Shown: positions 27,204-32,000 of the stretch, piece by piece | Position numbering within the stretch: the stretch's first letter is position 1 | Layout of the letters: each line of letters starts with the position of its first letter | Assembly: GCA_927797885.1 (NCBI GenBank) | Contig: OV696605.1 | Coordinates: 501,157-533,156 of the forward strand | Direction: 5' to 3' | Length of the DNA stretch: 32,000 nucleotides | Source: Gloeomargaritales cyanobacterium VI4D9 | Lineage (GTDB): Bacteria > Cyanobacteriota > Cyanobacteriia > Gloeomargaritales > Gloeomargaritaceae | Translations under genes and position numbers: made by a program | Notes under the pieces: generated by a model | What the model was told of the DNA's origin: nothing | Database searches by the model: none | The model's input: only the letters and a program-made list of their open reading frames with translations

Positions 27204-28862
27204 TCAGGCGTAGAAGCGGAATTTCACCGTGCCTTTTTGCCCCAGGATGATCACATCCTGATCCTCCAGGCGCACTTGGGTAATCCGGGGGTGCTGGACA
27301 CTATTAATAAAAGTGCCGTTGGTGGAGCCACAATCCCGCAGGGTGACGTGGGTTTCGCTCACCTCGATACAGGCGTGTTGCCCGGAAACCTGGGGATCAG
27401 GGATGACGATATGACAGCGTTGGTGATCCCGTCCGAGGTAATGGGTGCCCACCAGGGTAAATTCCTCCCCCTGGGCAGGACCAGCGATGCAGACCAGACG
27501 GCTGGGGCGGTATTCCTCGGTCGGCGGAGGGCGGTCGGGCAGAGCGGAGGGGGGGGGCGGGGTAATAACCTGGGTTTCCGGCTCGGGGGGGGGCACCAGA
27601 ACTTGGGTGGGGGGTTCTGACTCGGCGGTTGTGGGCGGCGGTGTGAGCATCTGGGTGGGTTGGGCTTCCGTAGGGGGGATAACAGGGGCGGTCATCTCTA
27701 CCCCTCCTGTCGCCACGGTCATCGGTTCCGTTGGTAGGGTGGGAATGCCCTGCACGGGGGGTACCGGACGGGGACGACGACTCAACCAAATCGCCAATCC
27801 CACCGCCCCGGCTCCCAGTACCACAATCCCGGCTCCCACCGCCACCGACCCCATCTGCCACCAAGCCACCGGGGAACGATCCTGCCCTTGCTCAATCCGT
27901 TCTTGCGCCTGGGTGAGGAGGGTTTGGGCGCTATGGTGCTGGGGATAACGGTTGAGAATGGCTTGGAAAACCGGCTGGGCACGGCGGTAATGGGCTTCCC
28001 AAAAATGGGCTAATCCCTCTTGCCACAGGGCATTGACTGGGCTGTCCGGGTTTTCTACCCCTGCGACCGGGAGAAATTGGCGGATGGTGGTTGAAGAAAT
28101 CAAGTTTACTTGTTTACCCTGGACAGCGGCCAACCCCAACACCTCACCGTTTGCCAAACAGACAACGGCTCCAGTCAACTCCTGCATTGCGGGAAAGGTC
28201 ATGCCCTGCCCATTCCAAGTACCTGTGTAAAAGGTAGCGGTAACCTTGTCCTGGGTGTGGGTTTGCACCAAGGCGTAGAGCGTACTGCCCGCTGGCGGGG
28301 GCTGGGTTTCCCTAAACACTAGGGTGGGGGTCTGGGTCAACTGCACCGTGACCAGGGCGAGATTGCGCTGGGGGTCGTATTTGACCACCTGAAATCCATA
28401 GGATTGGTCTGCCTTGCCCCCGGATAGAAATGCCTCACTAAAGGGTTTGAACTGCTCCAGTTGAGCTTCCGGTTCGATCCGGGCGACCGCTTCCTGAATA
28501 TTTTGGGGCGTGATGGGGATTTTTCGCTGGGGAAAGGTTTGGTTGTGCAACTCCAACCGTTGCCGTGCCAAATCCTCTAAAAGTAGCCGTTTACCGTAAT
28601 CTTCTCCTCGAGCGGTCACTTGCACCACCGTTGCCAGGGTTAAAACTTGGCCGTTGGGATGGACAAGCACCCCCGTGCCCTGGGTCTGTGCTATGGTGTC
28701 CCAGGTGCGTTGTTGCCAGCGCCATTGCCCCTGATAGCCGCTGATCAGATAGACCAGGGTGGGTTGGTGCCATAACTTCAGTTGGTCGGGGGTTTTTTGT
28801 GCCCACACCGGGGGAATCCATCCTAGGAGAAATAGGAGCCACCAACCCCAAGGTTTTCCCAT
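27204..28862 (-). CDS. Membrane protein: degenerate trypsin-like ectodomain, TPR-like helix pair, TM helix, Pro-rich linker and cytoplasmic FHA domain
   Basis: I placed the start at MGKPWGWWLLFLLGWIPPVWAQ (28862), which gives a signal peptide and avoids overlap with petJ. The TM helix is VAVGAGIVVLGAGAVGLAIWL. The C-terminal FHA domain is YLGRDHQRCHIVIPDPQVSGQHACIEVSETHVTLRDCGSTNGTFIN. Confidence 0.75.
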   Translation of the reverse strand: MGKPWGWWLLFLLGWIPPVWAQKTPDQLKLWHQPTLVYLISGYQGQWRWQQRTWDTIAQTQGTGVLVHPNGQVLTLATVVQVTARGEDYGKRLLLEDLARQRLELHNQTFPQRKIPITPQNIQEAVARIEPEAQLEQFKPFSEAFLSGGKADQSYGFQVVKYDPQRNLALVTVQLTQTPTLVFRETQPPPAGSTLYALVQTHTQDKVTATFYTGTWNGQGMTFPAMQELTGAVVCLANGEVLGLAAVQGKQVNLISSTTIRQFLPVAGVENPDSPVNALWQEGLAHFWEAHYRRAQPVFQAILNRYPQHHSAQTLLTQAQERIEQGQDRSPVAWWQMGSVAVGAGIVVLGAGAVGLAIWLSRRPRPVPPVQGIPTLPTEPMTVATGGVEMTAPVIPPTEAQPTQMLTPPPTTAESEPPTQVLVPPPEPETQVITPPPPSALPDRPPPTEEYRPSRLVCIAGPAQGEEFTLVGTHYLGRDHQRCHIVIPDPQVSGQHACIEVSETHVTLRDCGSTNGTFINSVQHPRITQVRLEDQDVIILGQKGTVKFRFYA

Positions 28863-28887
28863 CGGATGCAGTCCCCCGCAACAACGA

Positions 28888-29214
28888 CTACCAGCCTTTT
28901 TCCGCTTGCGCCACCACGTAGTTGGCCACATCCTCAATATCGGTGGCACTCAGGCGACCCTTGAAGGCGGGCATGGCATTTTTCCCATTGGTGACTTGGT
29001 ACACGATGGCCTCCAAATCCATGCCATATTTCGCCAAGTCTTCCTTCTTCAGGGATTTACTGGCGACGACCACATTCCGACCCCCCGCATGGCAGGCGGC
29101 ACAGTTGGCACCGAACACCTTACCACCGTGGGCAATATCAGCGGCCTGAGCAGGCATCACCCAGCTTCCCAGCATCATCCCTACGGCGAATAGTACGGTC
29201 AAAACAACACGCAT
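28888..29214 (-). CDS. petJ: Cytochrome c6
   Basis: It has a signal peptide and then [23 protein letters not shown]...GKNAMPAF, giving the CxxCH haem motif and the Met ligand context. Confidence 0.93.
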   Translation of the reverse strand: MRVVLTVLFAVGMMLGSWVMPAQAADIAHGGKVFGANCAACHAGGRNVVVASKSLKKEDLAKYGMDLEAIVYQVTNGKNAMPAFKGRLSATDIEDVANYVVAQAEKGW

Positions 29215-29359
29215 GGTTCCCCTCGCATGAAAATTGAACGAACGGGGTGATCCCCCCCATGTATCCTACAGAATCTTTTTACCCAAGTCACACAAAGCTT
29301 AGAAGATATTTAACAATGTTTGTTACGATGCCTGAGGAAGCCATGCCTGGTCATAGGGA

Positions 29360-30451
29360 ATGCTGAAAGCGGGAATTGTCGGTCTGCCCAACGTGGGAAA
29401 ATCCACCCTCTTCAATGCCCTGGTGGAGAATGCCAAGGCGGATGCCCAGAATTATCCTTTTTGTACGATTGAACCCAACCGGGGGGTGGTGAATGTCCCG
29501 GATGAACGCTTGGCGGTTTTAGCCAAACTCTCCCGTTCCCGGCAGATTGTCCCGGCGCAGATTGAATTTGTGGATATTGCCGGGTTGGTCGAGGGGGCGA
29601 GCCGGGGGGAAGGGCGGGGCAATCAGTTTCTCTCCCACATCCGCCAGGTGGATGCCATCGTCCAGGTGGTGCGCTGTTTTGATGACCCGGACATTATCCA
29701 TGTGAGCGGTTCCGTTGACCCGGTGCGGGATATTGGGGTGATCAACCTGGAACTGGCCTTGGCGGATTTAGAGCAGGTGGAACGGCGGCGGGAAAAACAA
29801 AAAAAACTCGCCCGTACCCAAAAAGAGGCGCAGGCGGAATTAGAACTCCTCGACCAGGTGGCCGCTGAGTTGAATGAGGGGCGTTTGGTGCGGCGATTGG
29901 GCTTAACGGCAGAACAACAGGCCATCCTGCGCCCCTTGGATTTGCTGACTGCGAAACCCATGATCTACGCCACCAACGTCAGCGAAACGGATTTAGCCAG
30001 CGGCAATGTCTGGACACAACAGGTAGAAGCCTTGGCGCACCAAGAACAGACCCAGGTGGTGCGGGTATCGGCGCAGGTGGAGGCGGAACTCACGGAACTC
30101 CCCCCCCAGGAACGGGCGGATTACCTAGCCAGCTTGGGGGTGAGCAGTGGGGGGTTGCAGTCCTTGATCCGGGCTACCTATGAATTACTGGGTTTACGCA
30201 CCTTTCTCACCACGGGCGAAACCGAAACCCGTGCCTGGACGATTAAAGCGGGCACCTTGGCTCCCCAGGCCGCCGGGGTAATTCACTCGGATTTTGAGCG
30301 GGGGTTTATCCGTGCGGAAACCATCAGTTACGAGGACTTGGTGCGCTCCGGTTCGCTGGCGGCGGCTCGGGAAAAGGGACTGATTCGCAGTGAGGGCAAG
30401 GAATATCTGGTGCAGGAAGGGGATGTGATGGTGTTTCGGTTTAATGTGTAA
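29360..30451 (+). CDS. ychF: Ribosome-binding ATPase YchF
   Basis: GIVGLPNVGKSTLFNAL is the P-loop, and the C-terminal YLVQEGDVMVFRFNV is typical of YchF. Confidence 0.95.
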   Translation: MLKAGIVGLPNVGKSTLFNALVENAKADAQNYPFCTIEPNRGVVNVPDERLAVLAKLSRSRQIVPAQIEFVDIAGLVEGASRGEGRGNQFLSHIRQVDAIVQVVRCFDDPDIIHVSGSVDPVRDIGVINLELALADLEQVERRREKQKKLARTQKEAQAELELLDQVAAELNEGRLVRRLGLTAEQQAILRPLDLLTAKPMIYATNVSETDLASGNVWTQQVEALAHQEQTQVVRVSAQVEAELTELPPQERADYLASLGVSSGGLQSLIRATYELLGLRTFLTTGETETRAWTIKAGTLAPQAAGVIHSDFERGFIRAETISYEDLVRSGSLAAAREKGLIRSEGKEYLVQEGDVMVFRFNV

Positions 30452-30637
30452 TTGAGGGGCACCAGAAGTGTTGAAAGATTAGGTAAACGCAGAAAAAAGG
30501 GGGTCAGAATATGGTACTTTAACCCTTGTAAACTCGAAAATTAATGGCTCTCCTAGATTTGTGGTTGGAATTGTTATGAAATGATGCGCTTTTTTCGCTA
30601 GGGGGGCTGAAACCCTCGTCAGGCTTAAGCATAGACT

Positions 30638-30740
30638 CTATAGCAATCCTATTTAATTAAAGAACAGAAATTTCCTAGAACCAAAGACGGGGGCGGTGCC
30701 CCTGCGACCCACATTCCATTCTCATTTAGGATTGCTATAG
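30638..30740. mobile_element. MITE-like element, family A, full copy (opposite orientation to 575-694)
   Basis: The termini ctatagcaatcctattt and tcatttaggattgctatag form a TIR. The core gacgggggcggtgcccctgcgaccc is the reverse complement of the A core. Confidence 0.7.
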
Positions 30741-30824
30741 TTTATCACCAAATACTTGGGAGAGCCGCCAAGAATTACTTGGATAGCACTACCTACTAAA
30801 ATAGGCCAATACTCACCTCGTTTT

Positions 30825-30917
30825 ATTCTCATTTAGGATTGCTATGGGTTGCAGTGGCGTAGTCCCCGGACTTGGTTCTTCTAAACATTTGTTTATTCAT
30901 CAATCAGGTGGGATTGC
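30825..30917. repeat. Family A variant copy with an inverted left arm
   Basis: attctcatttaggattgctat, the reverse complement of the canonical left arm, is fused to a forward-oriented core and right end (gggttgcagtggcgtagtcccc...catttgtttattcatcaatcaggtgggattgc). Confidence 0.5.
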
Positions 30918-31018
30918 GGTGTAATACGATCTCCTGGGTGGTTACGGGTTTAATCTTCGATATTGACAAGTAAAACTCAACTCAGATTTAATGGTATTAA
31001 ACTTATAAAATTTTTAAT

Positions 31019-32000
31019 ATGTCCTGGCAAAGGTTGTGGTGTGGGCTTTGCATTCAGGGCTTGTCGGTCGCAGGATTACTCAGTGCGGCGCAGGCGATGC
31101 CCAAGCAGGGGAAGGGAGGGCAAGTACCGGAATTCAAGACCCCGGTGTCCGAGGTTACTTCAGAAAACGAAGATACCCCGCAGATTCGTAAGGGAGGAGG
31201 AACTTCCCGGCGGGTAAAGCCACCCAAGGCACCCCAGCCGGACACCGTTGCCACCCCACCCCGGGAACCCTTTAGCGGCGGCAATCCCACCAATACCCCT
31301 TTTGCTCAAATTGACCCTGACCCGAACCAACAGCGGTTGATCCAGCCCCAACAGGTGCAACCGGTTCCCCCCGCCCCCCCCCGGCAGGAGACCCCTTTTG
31401 TGCCGGGAACCATACCCGGTGACCCCAACCAGCTAGTGGTGGTGGACTCCCTGGAGGTGGTGGGTAGTACGATTCTCACCCCCAAGGAAATTGCCAAATT
31501 AATTGAGCCAGTGTTGTATCGCCAAGTAACCCTGCGGCAGGTGCAGGAGGTGGCGGATGCGATTACCAAAATCTATGTGGACGGGGGGTATATCACGTCC
31601 CGGGCGACGATTGCCGCTGAGACCATTCCGACGGGCAAACTGCGGATTGATGTGACCGAGGGACGGTTGGCAGACATTCAAATTACGGGCAATCAACGCC
31701 TGTTTACCAGCTACATCCGGGATCGGCTGAAACTGGGTGCCAAAACCCCCTTGAATAGCAATGCCCTGGAAGACCAGTTACGGTTACTGAAAGCGGTGCC
31801 CTACCTGGAGAATGTGGAGGCCAGTTTGCGCCCAGGGGAAAAACCGGGGGAAAGTATCCTGGTGGTGCGGGTGCAGGAGGATAAACAACCCTTTGTCATG
31901 TCCTTTGGGGTGGATAACTATGTGCCGCCGAGCATTGCCACCCAGCGGGGCTATGTGTCCCTGGGGTATCAAAATCTGAGTGGGATTGGGGATGAAATTT
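31019..32000 (+). CDS. ShlB/FhaC/HecB-type (TpsB) outer-membrane transporter, N-terminal part (runs off the window end)
   Basis: Hand translation from ATG 31019 gives the signal peptide MSWQRLWCGLCIQGLSVAGLLSAAQA and a Pro-rich spacer. This is followed by a POTRA-like region: VVVDSLEVVGSTILTPKEIAKLIEPVLYRQVTLRQVQEVADAITKIYVDGGYITSRA...GKLRIDVTEGRLADIQITGNQRL. It is open to position 32000. Confidence 0.75.
   Translation, partial: MSWQRLWCGLCIQGLSVAGLLSAAQAMPKQGKGGQVPEFKTPVSEVTSENEDTPQIRKGGGTSRRVKPPKAPQPDTVATPPREPFSGGNPTNTPFAQIDPDPNQQRLIQPQQVQPVPPAPPRQETPFVPGTIPGDPNQLVVVDSLEVVGSTILTPKEIAKLIEPVLYRQVTLRQVQEVADAITKIYVDGGYITSRATIAAETIPTGKLRIDVTEGRLADIQITGNQRLFTSYIRDRLKLGAKTPLNSNALEDQLRLLKAVPYLENVEASLRPGEKPGESILVVRVQEDKQPFVMSFGVDNYVPPSIATQRGYVSLGYQNLSGIGDEI

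Noticed and set aside
28863-28949. Longer start ([18 protein letters not shown]...) for the FHA membrane protein
   Set aside because: It would overlap the petJ coding region by 62 nt. The internal Met at 28862 yields a canonical signal peptide.
30963-31217. 84-aa ORF from the ORF track (MTSKTQLRFNG...)
   Set aside because: It is a Cys/Arg-rich frame overlapping the better-supported tpsB-like frame, which starts at 31019 with a signal peptide and continues into a POTRA domain.

Overview
This window reads as a cyanobacterial chromosome segment. G+C is high; hand counts of single 60-nt lines give about 60% in core genes. All family calls come from motif recognition and hand translation, with no database search.

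Core genes, mostly tightly packed:
- Photosynthesis and energy: psaE, petJ (cytochrome c6), atpB/atpE.
- Type IV pilus: pilM-N-O-Q.
- Housekeeping: trpS, metF, a 5-formyl-THF cyclo-ligase, aroQ, mutM, nfi, ychF, bcp/prxQ.
- An RHH/ycf46/ycf35 cluster, two tandem bestrophin-like channel genes, and two FHA-domain signalling proteins.
- Three convergent gene pairs physically overlap.

Four visibly AT-rich accessory islets interrupt this backbone:
1. 1-1020: the 5' part of an orphan membrane-protein gene, followed by a pile-up of MITE-like elements.
2. About 12.5-14.9 kb: a two-gene type II restriction-modification cassette (PD-(D/E)XK endonuclease, then an HTH-fused C5 cytosine methyltransferase). 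It is wedged between the ycf35 terminator and the 3' end of tRNA-Ser(CGA).
3. 25.1-25.7 kb: a hicA/hicB toxin-antitoxin pair bracketed by perfect 32-bp direct repeats.
4. 30.6-30.9 kb: two more MITE-like copies, just upstream of a TpsB/ShlB-type outer-membrane transporter gene that runs off the window.

Two related families of short TIR-bounded repeats recur at least eight times and share a GC-hairpin core.

I found no CRISPR array, rRNA, transposase or integrase gene, and no complete novel multi-gene defence system that I can defend. The items most worth follow-up are:
- the repeat-bracketed hicAB cassette;
- the MITE families, including a chimeric copy and a copy with a flipped arm;
- a predicted pseudo-protease/TPR/TM/FHA membrane protein;
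- an unannotated third gene translationally coupled to atpE;
- a 37-codon ORF coupled to aroQ.
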